DNA of 61,650 nt, counting the filler, from Sphacelaria rigidula (lineage: Eukaryota): the NCBI GenBank assembly GCA_964200075.2. It is 3 parts of 3 records of this genome, joined end to end, with 100 filler letters (N's around TTAATTAATTAA, not from the genome) between each part and the next. Parts side by side here need not be neighbours in the genome. Positions count along the whole stretch, not along the records: positions 1 to 20,493 come from CAXNAA020000522.1; positions 20,594 to 41,076 come from CAXNAA020000524.1; 1 more part is not named here. The stretch is one strand, 5' to 3'. Positions within the stretch are counted from its first letter, which is position 1, and the number at the start of each line of letters is the position of its first letter. Below the pieces are notes generated by a model, which was given only the letters and a program-made list of their open reading frames with translations, did no database searches and was not told the origin of the DNA. This document shows positions 11,662 to 23,955 of the stretch, piece by piece. Position numbers and translations under genes: made by a program.

Positions 11662-13350
11662 GGAGGGAGGGGGGGGGCGTTCTCATGTGTTGCTTGCCTT
11701 AGTCGTTCGACCATTGACCACGCATCCCTTTCGAGACGGAGCACCGTTCCTACTCCTAATAGAGACACCTCTGATATTCCGGCGCTCATGACATTCCTTC
11801 CATACATTGCACACAAAACCTTTTGGATATCTTATTATCCCCGTCCCCTTTCGCCGTCTCTGGCTACCATCTATCTCCTAGTATAGCCATCGCTTTCTCC
11901 CTACTGTATCAAACGATTTCATGCCACCTTTGTTCACGTCCCGCATTTCCCCCTCTAGCACGTCCCGTTCCTCCTTGTATAGTTCACATTCTGCCACTAT
12001 ATGACTCCTGCTCTTTATTCCTTCGCCACAGGGGCGATGCTGTTCATCTACTTCCTCATCCTTTCGACTACTTGTATATTTCTTTCTTCTCCTGGCAGGT
12101 CAAGGTCCCCCACCCGAAATCGCAGTTCCAGATTTTTCGCAGCGTCCATTGGGCCATGCGAATATGATTCCATCCCTATCCCCTCTCTCAACCACCCGTA
12201 TATCTCCAGGTGTTCTTCGTCTACCTCGCGTCTGAGCGCTCCTTTTCCCCTTATTTCNNNNNNNNNNACGCATAACGCTCCTATCGCTTACTATCGCCTT
12301 CTAGCCCGCGTCTTCATCTATGGACAGTATTTCGTCTTGGTTTCTTCCTATCTCTTTCTATACTTCCTCGACTTCTTTACCCCACCTTATTCCCGCATTC
12401 CCTTTCGTGCTTTTGTTCCATACAGCTCCATCAACTATAATAGCTGGCAATCTCCTTCTCTGCATGTTCTTTACGCTATATGGCCATGGTCATTTCCTCA
12501 TGATGTCTCTGTTTGTTTTAAGGGAGTACATTCCCAACTGTGCTCTCAAATCTGTAATATTCGTCGTTTTCGAGCATCCAAGTATATTTTTAGCTGCTGC
12601 CATCTGTACTGTTTCCAACCTCTCCACCAACTTCGCGTTCCCTCCCCATACTTCTCCTGCATATTCCAGCTTTGGTACGATCGCGTTCACCGGGATACAT
12701 CTCTTCTCCCTAGTGCGTAGGTTCGGACTACTTTGTTTATGTGTGCATAGTTAGATATATAACATCTACACTGAGCTAACAGTCAGCGCTGACTGTTAGC
12801 TCAGCGGATATGTTGTATATCTAACAAAGTACAACCGGGGTCCGACAGCTGGTTAGACTGTTGGACTCCGGTTTTACCCGAGGGTTGTAATCCCTCTAAG
12901 CAGCGCTGCCCCACGCGGTTCGTCGGCTTAGGCGGGAACACGTGTCTTCATTTTGACGACTGGTGATGTATACCATGCATTTCAGGTGTGTATCCCAGAA
13001 TTTTTCTCAGATTGTTTCTTCTGCAGAATAAGGCTTCAAGATGGTCCTCGGAGGGATCGAATCCCGGTTGTACTTTTGTTAGATATACAACAACACTACG
13101 GCACCAAGGTATGTATGCTGGTCTACGATCGGCAATACCTCCTCTCCCCACTTCCATTTGAACTCTACCGGATGTTTCTTATCTTCGTTACAGACGAGTA
13201 CCGCGCATTTGTTGTTAACGTCCGCTGTCACTCTCCATTTCCTAGTGTATTCTAGCGCCTTATCTATCTTTGTCTGTAATCCTTCCGGTGTTCCTAAAAA
13301 TTCCCACAAAACCATCCGCAAACATCAGTCCTGATACCATATCTTGCCCC
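11662..13350 (-). mobile_element. 5'-truncated degenerate LINE (family A) ORF2: RT end plus CCHC region, C-rich tail
   Basis: Fragments MVSGLMFADGFVG (FADD-like), KIDKALEYTRKWRVTADV, LPIVDQHTYLG and IVPKLEYAGEVW; frameshifts; G-run at 11662-11678 is the tail; interrupted at 12750-13092. Confidence 0.9.
12811..13092. mobile_element. TIR element with TGT...ACA ends nested in the LINE
   Basis: TGTTGTATATCTAACAAAGTACAACCGGG (12811-12839) is inverted at 13063-13092 with one indel; internal hairpins. Confidence 0.7.
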
Positions 13351-13574
13351 ACCTTGCTCCCTGTGTATTAGGCACCGGGCGGGGGGGGGGAGGGCAGGTG
13401 AACCAATCCTGATCGCTTTCCCGACTCATTTTACAGGTTTTTAATTTTTACCGCTACCTATGTGCGCTAGAGCAGAAAAGAGATGTGTTCTGGAGCAAAA
13501 TGGCCAACAACACCGCTGTCAATTCACCCCAGAAGACGCTCAGTGTTGAGGAGAGGGATATCTTGTTCTGGAAT

Positions 13575-14110
13575 GTGGAGCGGATCCCAAGTATCTCCCG
13601 ATCCTAGACTTCAGCATCAAACGATCACTGGGATGAGCGACGGCACGTGAAAACATATTGCAAAATGCCGACTGCGAAAAAATCACAAAAATCTCCCATT
13701 TCAGGTGGAACCTACTGTAGCATTCTTCCTCAGCACTCGAAAGTCCTAGCGTCGATAAGTGGAACATATGAAAAAAAAACAGTCATTGTCATTTTTTCAC
13801 GAGAGCAATTGGAACCGCTTCACTTTGGCAAAAGTACCTCAAGGGTCATAACCTGGGGCTAGGTAGTCGCAGGACCCCCGAGAAGCGGTCAGCCCGTAAG
13901 TTATTCAAAATGGAGTGCATATATGATTTTGTTTTGGAATATCGAGCGGATACCTAGTATCTCCCGATCCCCAAACTTTGGGATCAAACTTTCCCTGGGA
14001 TGATCCGTGCGACGCGAAAATATTATGAAAGATCGCCCACCACGAAATTGTTTCAAAAATCCCTTATTTCCGCTGCAAACTACTGTACAGTAGTTTCATC
14101 ATCGGCACTA
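13575..14110. repeat. Two diverged ~165-bp direct repeats, probably DNA-transposon subterminal sequence
   Basis: GAGCGGATCCCAAGTATCTCCCGATCC... at ~13578 and GAGCGGATACCTAGTATCTCCCGATCC... at ~13944. Confidence 0.55.
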
Positions 14111-14954
14111 ACTACGGTGCGGAAATGTGCTAGTATTACTAACAACTTGCTTCGTGAGCAGGCGATAGCCCGCGAGGCGCACTTGTCCAACGAACATAAC
14201 CACCGATCGACATGGCACTTCTGTGGCACCGGCTACATTCCTTCCGCGTTGTTTCATGCCTCCATGACGCCAAGAAGGTCGCATATTCTTGGCCCATGCC
14301 GAGCAACGCGTGCCCTGTCCCACCCCCAGCCATGTGGTTCGGCTACCATCATCGTAACCCGCTTGAGCGCATCCCAACGAGTAGCACAACACACGGGCGG
14401 ATGGACATGACGCGACTTAGCCGTTGCCAGGTCATGCATAAAAACAAACATGGACACGTGTCGATACGATTAGTTTATGGTATTCCGCTGCCGCCGCACA
14501 TGCAAAGAAAACGTTGCTATAGTGCTCACAGCGTGCTAGACCCTTCGACCCCGGCCCCTCACCAGATCTCCCAAAACTGCCCATGGTCAACTTGGCTCCA
14601 GAACGAACATTTGTGACACCAGACAGCACACCTGGTTTATTGCCAAAATTTGTGTAGAAACCACGGCGGGGTTGGAGCGAAGCCAAGCGTATGGAAGTCT
14701 CCGTTGAATGATTTTCGTGAGGTACCTGCTTTCATCTTGTGCAATGCGCGGGTGTACGCTGGCTACTGCTACTACTAAGATACGCAAACACCATACTCTC
14801 TACTTCTTATACTTCCGCAGTCTGTACGCCGCGTCCCTTATGTTTCAATGGTGCAACTGGCACCATGAGGTCGCAACAAACATGAGTTCGATTTCCACCG
14901 GATGCTTGTGGTCTGGATTTGTTCTTCGAAGTATCTGGCTTCCGTCGTTCAAAG

Positions 14955-15125
14955 GGAGGACGTGTAGCAAACGACCGTTTGAACGAGTTCGCTTGACGCC
15001 AGTCGGAGCGGTGCGGGAGTGTTGATCCAATCTGTGACACCAAAACATAACACGTGTGACGGGGCAGAGATTGGCCGATCCCTCGTGACGACGAACTCGT
15101 CGCGAGAGGGGGGTGGGGAGGGGGT
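14955..15125 (+). repeat. Dispersed repeat, probable retroelement 3' segment
   Basis: GCGGTGCGGGAGTGTTGATCCAATCTG...GGGGCAGAGAT core recurs at ~10420-10545 and, inverted, at ~6310-6400, ~37425-37480, ~5490-5580 and ~7670-7750. Confidence 0.55.
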
Positions 15126-16913
15126 GAGGAGGAGTCGGAGTGTGACGGAAACGAAAGTGGTATCGGTACTCGCGGGGTAGTACTGGCGTTGTTGGGCATG
15201 TTTTCGGTGTTTCACTACGTGTCACATCGTCTCAACGCGCACAGCCATGTTACTGCCGTGTAGTACAACATTTTTCGTCAGCGGGTAGAACAACAGTACA
15301 AGTCAACCAGTATGTATGCCACAGCTCTCTCACCACATGGTCTACACTGCTTCCACCTGCGCCTTGTGTCTTACAACAGCAGTTTGCATCTATCTTACAG
15401 CCCTAGACGGGGGCGGCAGGTCGTGGAGAGCATCGAACCCTCGATATGATCATGATCACAACAGATGCAGTCCACGTCACCTGGGACATTTGGGGAAGCT
15501 ACTCAAGTAGGAACCTCGATATGATATCCGGTTCCTGTAGTTCGCTACGTTGAACAAGTGGGCTTTGCGGTTACCGGGCATCCTCTGCGAGCTGTGACAA
15601 AAGAGCACCACATCACGGATATGATTGCAGTGTGGCTTGGTGCTGTCATGATAGACATACTCGCAGAGGATGCGTTGTGCAGCAAGGAGAAAAGATCACA
15701 GATGGAATCTTTCAAGGGTCATGACGAAAATTTATTCGTGAAAAAATCACGTGCTTCTAGCGCAACTGGTCCGTACCGTATACGAATCAACCCTTGGGAT
15801 TTGTTTTCAGCGTTGCACCCGAGGCACGAGGAACGGCGCGAAATTCCATCCAGAAAGTTTTGTCGCGCCATCACCTTTTTTCATCTCCTTCGAGCGATCA
15901 GACCTCAGCGATCGTCAATGTTTGGTGATTGAGACCAACAGCGATGATTTGTCCACCCTTGGAACGGTTTTCATAGGCGCTTGTTTGGCCAGCAATCGAT
16001 CAAACACGCCGTTTGTTCTCCACGTGGGGAAGTGTTGGTGAGCATCTGGGTAGACAATATCCATGGGAGAGTGATGGAATGGTGTCCTGCTAGATTGAGA
16101 CAGAAGAAGTACGTAGTTATCTCTCTGTATCACATAGAACAAGCTCACGTACGCACTACTATAGGATGAGTCAGTTCAACGTATGCTGCTTTTTTCAGCC
16201 GCTCTCTAGAGGGCATGATTGCAGTGCTATCTTACTGTCTACAGTAGTGAAGTCTGCGTTCGTTACTGTGCTCTCGTCCTTCACGACCTGAAGACATGCC
16301 GCAACGGCTACAGGTTGTGCGTAGTCCTATAGTCGATCGGCAGTGGATTGTACCGCATTTTTTTTGTACGAAAAAATGCAAGCACTGAGTATGGGCTGTT
16401 CTACAGTATCTATATTCGTTGTTCCTTGGTCTGAGATCCGGTGGATCAGTTCAGTAGACTTGATTGGTACAGTCGATCAGAGGGCATGGCTGTCAGCCGA
16501 TCAGGACAGTGAAGACGTGTAGTATTGTATAGCCAGGAAGGCAAGAAGAAAGTGGGCAAGTAGGCATAACCGTACGCACCGACACCAGATCAGGACCTCA
16601 CGTGTGTCACCGATACGCCAATTGCGATAGGAAATCCCACCACGTGTAACGTTCAAAACACGGGACACAAATACCCCTTTACTGTATCGTGGATCCCGTA
16701 CTGCAGGCCCTGTTGTACTGATTACCCTCTTCACAGGAGCATTTGCAACAGTCACTAGTGTTCCACCATCATATTCGTGCATCACGTGTGTTATCAAACA
16801 CGATGAATCGCTTCTCTTCAACGCGTGCTGGAGGTGGAAACACTCGCTCGAATACCGAATACCGTCTACCCCCGACTTTCCTATCGCTGACTGTTTTTTC
16901 CTCTACGCTCCAG

Positions 16914-17045
16914 GGAACGGATACATGGCGACGCAAAACTACGAGTCAGCGCTTAGCTGTTTCGAGTTGGCCCTCAAGATGCCGAACAAAGGGGAACACG
17001 AGGACGTCTATCATGCCAACCGAGCTACCGCACTCTTCAACATGG
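16914..17045 (+). CDS. TPR-repeat protein, internal exon
   Basis: Branch point GCTGAC, pyrimidine tract and CAG acceptor; encodes GNGYMATQNYESALSCFELALKMPNKGEHEDVYHANRATALFNM; phase-1 donor G|GTAATT. Confidence 0.85.
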
Positions 17046-17665
17046 GTAATTGACTTACCGTACCCTACCGCGTCGTTGTTGTCAACGTTGTATGTAATAC
17101 TATTGCACCGTGGCGTGCTCGCTTCCGTGAGTAGACACGGGTTTTTGTTGTTTAGAGGCAGCTAGGAAGTACAAAGTCTGCTAAAGGAACAGAAGCCACG
17201 GGTGTTCGAGTCGAGAGACTGATGGGGTGACAGCTCTTCTTGTTCCCAACAACGTAGTCTCAAGAGTTTGAGAGCGGCTATCGCGATGCACCCGTGCTCG
17301 GCCACCTTCCCGTCTGATGACGTATCTCGGAAACGGAGTGAGACTAGTAAGAATACCTGAGCCCCTGTCCACTGTGTATATCGGCATACAAATGTGATCA
17401 TATTTTGCGCACAGCTGCTGTCACTGTGATGGCCTTGAAAAGAAGATGGGGTTTTTCTGGGGTCCAAGCTCTTCTCCGCATCTCATCTCATGGGCGTTAA
17501 CACTCGACATAGGACAATGATTGCCCTGAGTACACAACAGTATGGAACCAGGTTCCAAGTGGCAAGATGAAGAAAAGCGAAATTAAAAATGCATAAGAGT
17601 TTAGCTTCTGGATGGCATCAGTGCGTTATATCCCGAAATTCCCGACCGCCCTTCCCACATGCCAG

Positions 17666-18786
17666 GAAATTACGAGGGGGCCGTCGAAGGCTTCGAGCTT
17701 GCGAGAGAGATTCGACCTCTCAACCACGTCTATCACACGTGCCTCGGAAAGGTCTACCTAAACTGGCCCGGGCATGAGCACGAGGCGCTGCATCCTCTCT
17801 CCCGGTCGCTCGAGATAACGACTACAGCCGTAGCGTCGCGTCTCAAGGCCAAGGCGCTGAAAGCAGTCGACAGGGGAAAGTCCGAATCCACAATTACGCT
17901 CAAGGATGCGCGTACCATGGGTTCGGGTGTGCCAGCTGTTTGGGAGGATACCATACAGCACGGAGGACACGCCGATTCAAGGAGGACAGACAAAGCCAGT
18001 GACATCAACAGTGGTGCCTCCGACGCCTATGGCAGTGGTACTTCCGACGCCCGAACCAGCGCCTTGAGCTCGAGGCGTAGTGAAACGCAGAGCTCGGATG
18101 TTTTTGTTTCCACCGCCGGTATTTCGCAGAACGAGCGAGGGCTTTCGCCAAACGAGAGCGAATGCAGCGAGCGCTCTGGTGTTGGTTCTTCTGAGGAGTC
18201 TACTGCCGTGAGTTTGCGTTCAGGTGCCAACTCCGGAGATTCATCGGGTGTTCCAGCTTTTTCTGGAGGTATCATACCTCACGGGCAACACTCGTCACAG
18301 AGTGTGAGCAAAACTGGCGAATCTGACGGCGATTACGATGAATCCACGAGCGTCGCTAGTTCGAGTACCGAAGAGACTGTCACAAGCAGCATCGAGGAAG
18401 AAACCTCTTGTCCCCCGAGCATATCCCCTCTTGTTTCAGCCCCGGCGTACAGGAGGCCAACGGTAAAGGCAGCGAGCCGGCGGCGTTCTGATGTCAAAGT
18501 CGAGGACGCAAACGGACGAATCACGTGCGACTATGCGCGTGCCGACGGGTCGTTAGATCAGCAGCTGGAGCCGGAGGCCGTGACAGTCAAGATTCCGGCT
18601 AAAAATGTCTCCCGAGAGAAGGCATCGACGACCGGTACCGATACCGGCGCACCGACCGAGCCGGCGCACCGACCGGGCTTTGTTTCGAGACTGGCGGCTA
18701 TGGTGGAAATGCCGGCTTGGCAACAGCTTAACCCTTCCGGCGTGGGTACTGCGCCCGAGAACGCAGCACCGCTTGGCAGCGAGTGA
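17666..18786 (+). CDS. TPR-repeat protein, long (probably last) exon with Ser-rich disordered tail
   Basis: CAG acceptor in phase with the previous exon; GNYEGAVEGFELAREIRPLNHVYHTCLGKVY continues the TPRs; open for ~370 codons; TGA at 18784-18786 overlaps a possible GTGAGC donor. Confidence 0.85.
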
Positions 18787-20493
18787 GCTCGGAGGAAGGA
18801 ACCGACGGTGAGCGAGGGCGATGCACTGATATTACGTGTGCAGCTGAGGTGGGGGGGGGGTGGTTTTGGGTTGATCATCGCCTGGGGGCGGGCTTGATCG
18901 CTCATCAGCTCGCGGTTTTGTCTCCTTGTGACGTACCTAGCTGTGAAGTCAGCTCAGCCACCCCCCTGTTGTCTTTTCAATTTTGAGCCTGATGAATTGC
19001 TGTAAACGCTGTCACCGAGCTTTGGTTTGTGAGTGATCCGCGGTATAACCATGTGTCCTCATTCTGATCCATTGCTTTCTACGATGCCAAGATCTGTCAT
19101 TCAAGCCGTCATCTGAATGCTGCTGATGCTTTTCCGGCATGCCATCCGCTGAAAGCTTGTTTCCCCGCCTTCTCCTCACACCCCGCATCACCTTTGTTTG
19201 TTGGTTAGCAATAATAGACTTTGTAGATATCGTCGGTCGTCTGCAGTTGACGTCGATTGCTACTGTTGAAAGCTCTCTTGCCGTGTTTCTGGTATGGCAG
19301 CATTGCACATCGGATCTTTTAATGAATGTTGTACTGCCCTGCTGGCCAGCAGGTTAATCAAGCGGCTGCAGACAGGTATTGTAGATCAATGCCTAGTATC
19401 GTGAATCACTGCACACGTCGGATAGATCATGATCTGTCTGAAACATTTTCTAAGTACACTTATCAGGATCATGATTCGGATCACTTGGCCCCTCTTTTCC
19501 ACGTTTGCTTATTACAGCGCAGGACGCCGAGCAGGCCGAGTAGCGCACATATTGCGGCTTTGCTTCCCTGACTCCGCGGTCACATATTTTGTGTTTTTGG
19601 ACAAAGGTTATGAGAGTCTCCTTTGATTACTTTTTTAGACAGACATGTCCAAGGTGTGAAACACTGCGAGTGGCATACGCGGCGGCGAGTATCACACGAA
19701 GCTATCGACTATGAGTTTGGAGCAGGCGTATCAGTCTCGAATGTAAAAACAGTTGGATCATCATCGTTCATGTTCATCCCACTCGCGCCCTCCTCCACTC
19801 CGCGCTCACCGTTTCTCTCAGGAGGGTGTTACAGACCGGAAAGCTATGGAGCGATTTCTCTCGAGGGAGATACATTCGATTGTTTTCGACCCTTAGGCGT
19901 GTGTGTGGTGCGTGCTTTTCTTTTGAATCGTATGTGCTCAGGAGCTACTTACACCGAGAAGCACTACGATAGTTTGCTACTGCCAAGCATAGTTCATAAA
20001 TTGAGGGTGCTTTCGGGAGGGTAGAGTACAACGTGGGGTGTTTGCGATTGTCACGAGTACTCTGGAATAGTGGGAAATTTCGGCCGTCAATACCCTGGGT
20101 GTCCTGTCATACACTAGAGAGATCCGGAAACGCCTTCTTTTTTATCAGCGAAGATCTCAAAAAGTTGGAAAATTCGAGAATTTGCATGTATCATCTCAGC
20201 ATGTTGAGCTCCACATCTTTTGTACGAGAAAAAAGAACAGCTTCCAAAACTACCCGCTGCACGAGATAAACGCCAAGTATTGCGCAGATAAAAAGGAACG
20301 CGTTTCCGAAATTCTCTACTGAGTACTCACAACCGTCGATGTCATGGATACCCGGAGTACTCCGTGCTTTACTCAGTACTCCGGGTATCAGACCGGTGGG
20401 CAGGGCCGGGGGGCGGGGGGGGGGGGGGGGGTACCTGTTTTTTCCGTGCACGCCCACCTCCTCAGCAAAACCAACACCCCCCCCAACTGCAGA

Positions 20494-20593
20494 NNNNNNN
20501 NNNNNNNNNNNNNNNNNNNNNNNNNNNNNNNNNNNNNTTAATTAATTAANNNNNNNNNNNNNNNNNNNNNNNNNNNNNNNNNNNNNNNNNNNN
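20494..20593. other. Artificial contig-joining linker
   Basis: 44 N + TTAATTAATTAA (stops in all six frames) + 44 N. Confidence 0.95.
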
Positions 20594-20682
20594 CTTCCTA
20601 CCCTTGCATCAAAATCTCCCACTAACATTACTTCTCCTTCCCTTTTATACTTATGTACATCTGCTGCTATCTCTCCAAACCT

Positions 20683-20780
20683 AGGGGGGGGGGTTCTCAT
20701 GATCTCGCATGCCGTGATCATAAGACCATTGACTTCGCATTCCTACGAAGCCAGGACGGAGCACGCCGGGTTCTCGCCAG
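20683..20780 (-). mobile_element. C-tailed family B 3' fragment
   Basis: G-run followed by TTCTCATGATCTCGCATGCCGTGATCATAAGACCATTGAC. Confidence 0.7.
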
Positions 20781-21129
20781 TGACATGAGAGGCTAAAGGG
20801 GAGGGCGGAGTGACATGAGAACGACGCAGAATTGTATTGTCTGAGATGGTCTCGGGATACCACTCAGCATGTGTTGTCCCGTCTATTCTGGACGCCAGTC
20901 TGCACCTCTCGGTATATGTGGGCCCACCAGTCGGGGTCACACAGGAGGAGGGTCAACATAGTATTTTTTTTTTTTTTTCGTTTTCAGTACTTCACCTTCC
21001 TTCTGCGGTGCTTGCCTTTATTTTTTATCGCGATTCCAACACCAGAAGAGTCAAACAGGATCTCTGTTTTCGTTCGGCAATCCACTCATCAATCAGCCCA
21101 TGCAGATGGGAATAAACCGGGTAACCCAC

Positions 21130-21304
21130 CTTTGTGGCGACGAAGTATAGACGCTGCAGCTCTCGGCTGGGGAAACTGGTCTGCCACAACTGCCGTGGCA
21201 CCTCAATCAACCCCTGCCCCAACAGCAGGATGATGAACAGCAGACCATACGTGTTTGCCAAGGCCATCAAAAATCCGCTCACACTGCCCAGGCTCGTCTG
21301 CTCA
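21130..21304 (-). CDS. LMBR1/LMBRD2-like membrane protein, exon 3 (gene runs off the contig)
   Basis: CAG acceptor phase 2; GFLMALANTYGLLFIILLLGQGLIEVPRQLW is the typical LMBR1-domain segment; donor AAG|GTGGGT. Confidence 0.9.
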
Positions 21305-21998
21305 CTGGGTTGTATCGCCATTGAATCCCATTTTGATCGAAGTCGCGCAGAGCCGAGACGACGAGCATGACGAGCATGACGAGCATAGGGGAGAAGGGAT
21401 ACAAACAAACATTGGTGTAGTTTTCATGCCTCATAGTGCACGAGTCTAGTACCATTTTTGTTAATCAGCCTCGCGAAAAAGAGCCCTTCCAACGCCATTT
21501 CTTGACAGGTCGAAGCCAACACATATACACATCACACGCGGTCGAGCAAAAACTCTCGTGAGCGATACCAAGCACCGTTTCGGGGGCCGTACAACCATGT
21601 TGGCCAGCGTTTGGTTTACTTGGAATGATTACGATTGATTAGGTTGGCTGTTGCTTGTTATTGGCTCAAGTTTCATATATTTCAGTATCTCAGGAGCACC
21701 TGCGCTGATGATCCCGGAATGAACTTCCACATCCAGATCGAAATCAATCACGGATTCCGACAGAGACTACGATTTCAACAACAATTTTGGGTGTAGCCAA
21801 AACGTGAAAAGTGACATATTGTGATGACATCATATGAATCATACCCACACGATGTACCGGCCAATCCATTATCTATAGCTGCCATATCCACACTGAAACA
21901 AAAACAATTTGACTCACACACAAACTTCCAGCAAATTAGTCGATCTTGGTTGGTGCAGCACACAGTCGGTAGGCTGTGAAGGGTACACTTGAACATAC

Positions 21999-22202
21999 CT
22001 GATAACGAGGTAGATCACGAACACTAAAAGCCCAAACGACATCAGCAAATATAGCCGGACGTTGAGTAACAGGGCCGATTTCAGGCGTTCCGGCCATGTC
22101 AGCTCCCCTGCTTGCCAAGCACTGGCCAGGGTGGGGATCACCACCCACGTGAGAAAGAACGTAGTCCAGTACACCGTGTACCACGCATTTGTCGTCCACT
22201 CG
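21999..22202 (-). CDS. LMBR1/LMBRD2-like membrane protein, exon 2
   Basis: WYTVYWTTFFLTWVVIP...AGELTWPERLKSALLLNVRLYL; phase 2/2 splice sites consistent with neighbours; donor AG|GTATGT. Confidence 0.9.
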
Positions 22203-22319
22203 CTTGAGTTGTGCACAGCCACGGAATTCGTCGGTACGGCGGCCACAGGGAAAGGGAGGGGTAGAACATTCCATCAGAACAGCGCAGATAGAAAAGTACT
22301 GCGCGGGTGCTTGTACCGC

Positions 22320-23415
22320 AGGGGGGGAGAGGAGAGGCGTACCAATCTGTTGCTTGCCGTAGTCACTTGACCACTGACCACGCATCCCCTTCGAGACGGG
22401 GCACCGTCCCTACTCCTATTAGAGGCACCTCCAATATTTGGGCTGTCACTAAGTTTGTTCCACACATTGCACATAACCTTTTGCATGTCTTAGCTCCTCC
22501 CTGTTTCGCCGTCTGTGGCCAACATCTGTCTACTAGTATAGCGATCGTTTCCTCAGACCATCAAATGTACCGAAAGATTACATGCCACCTTCATTTACTT
22601 CCCACATTTCCCCCTCTGACATGTCCCATTCCTTCTTGTGCACTTCATACTCCACTGTATGAGTTGTACTCTATTGCTTTGCCACAGGGGTAATTCTGTG
22701 CATTTACTTCCTACTTCACCTGACTAGTGGTGTACCTCCTTCATTCTGGCAAGCCCAGGTCCCCCACCCAAATCGCACCATCAACGTTTTCTCGTGATTC
22801 ATTGGGTTATGAAGATATGTTTTCACTCTCATCCCCTTCCTCATCCCCCCGTGCATCTTCAGGTGCTCTTCCTCGTCTACTTTCCGTCCTAGCGCTTGTT
22901 CTCTCCTTATTTTCACCATGTCTCCTACTTATGTCTTGCACCCCCCGCATTGACCGATGGACATTATCTCGTCTTGGTTTCCTCCGATGTCCTTCCATAC
23001 TCTCTCGACTACGCTACACTTTCCCAACTTCTTCCAGCCTGCCCCTTCTTTCCTTTCTTCATTCAGCCCCATCAACTATGGCTGGCAATCTCCTCCTTGG
23101 CATGCTCCTTCCGTTATATTGCCGCCTCAATTTTCTCATGTCTCTATTTCTTCCAAGTGGGTACATCCCTAATTCTGCTCTCAATACTGTATCACTCATC
23201 GTTTTTGAGCACCCAAGTATTATCTTCGCTGCTGTCGTCTGTACTGTTTCCAGCTGCTTTACCAACTTCACGTTCCCCTTCCGTACTTCTCCTGCACATC
23301 CCAGCTCAGATACAACCACATTCATCAGGATACATCTCTCAATCCTACTATGGAGCTGCGAGTTTCTCCGGATCACGTCCATTTTGGTTGTCTGTGCCTT
23401 ACCCTTTCCTATTAC
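22320..23415 (-). mobile_element. 5'-truncated degenerate LINE family A in LMBR1 intron 1
   Basis: VIGKGKAQTTKMDVI...CILMNVVVSELGCAGEV...VLRAELGMYPL; G-rich tail at ~22320-22337. Confidence 0.9.
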
Positions 23416-23431
23416 TTGATCTGTGTGTGCA

Positions 23432-23878
23432 TCTGCGATTTCGGGTGGGGGACCTGGACCTGCCAAAAAGAAGAAAGAGATATACCAGTAGTCGAAAGGA
23501 GGAGGAAGAAGATGGACAGAACTGCCCCTGTGGCAATGGAATAGAGAGCAGTAGTCACCTAGTGGCAGAATGTGAACTATACAAGAAGGAACGGGACGTG
23601 CTAGAGGGGGAAATGCGGGAGGTGAACAAAGGTGGCCTGGAACCGTTTGATGCATTAGATAGTAGGGAGAAAACGATGGTTATACTAGGAGATAGATGGT
23701 GGCCACAGACCGCGAATCAGGACGGGGATAAGATGTGTAAAAGGTTTTTGTGCAATGTACGGAAGGAACGTAATGAGCGCCGGAATGTTGAGAATGTCGC
23801 TATTAGGAGTAGGAGCGGTGCTCCGTCTGGAAAGGGATGCGTGGTCAATGCGACTAAGGCAAGCAACAAATAAGTACG

Positions 23879-23955
<77 letters not shown>
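23432..23955 (+). mobile_element. LINE family A 3' end with CCHC knuckle and long poly(C) tail
   Basis: Open frame LRFRVGDLDLP...CPCGNGIESSSHLVAEC...ILGDRWWP...ASNK stop, then GTACG and a 77-nt C run (23879-23955). Confidence 0.9.

Noticed and set aside
12001-12754. Hydrophobic 239-aa and 144-aa ORFs
   Set aside because: Antisense of the purine-rich LINE ORF2, and one spans an N gap.
22896-23873. 325-aa ORF
   Set aside because: Chimera of the antisense of one LINE copy read into the sense 3' end of the adjacent copy; not a host gene.
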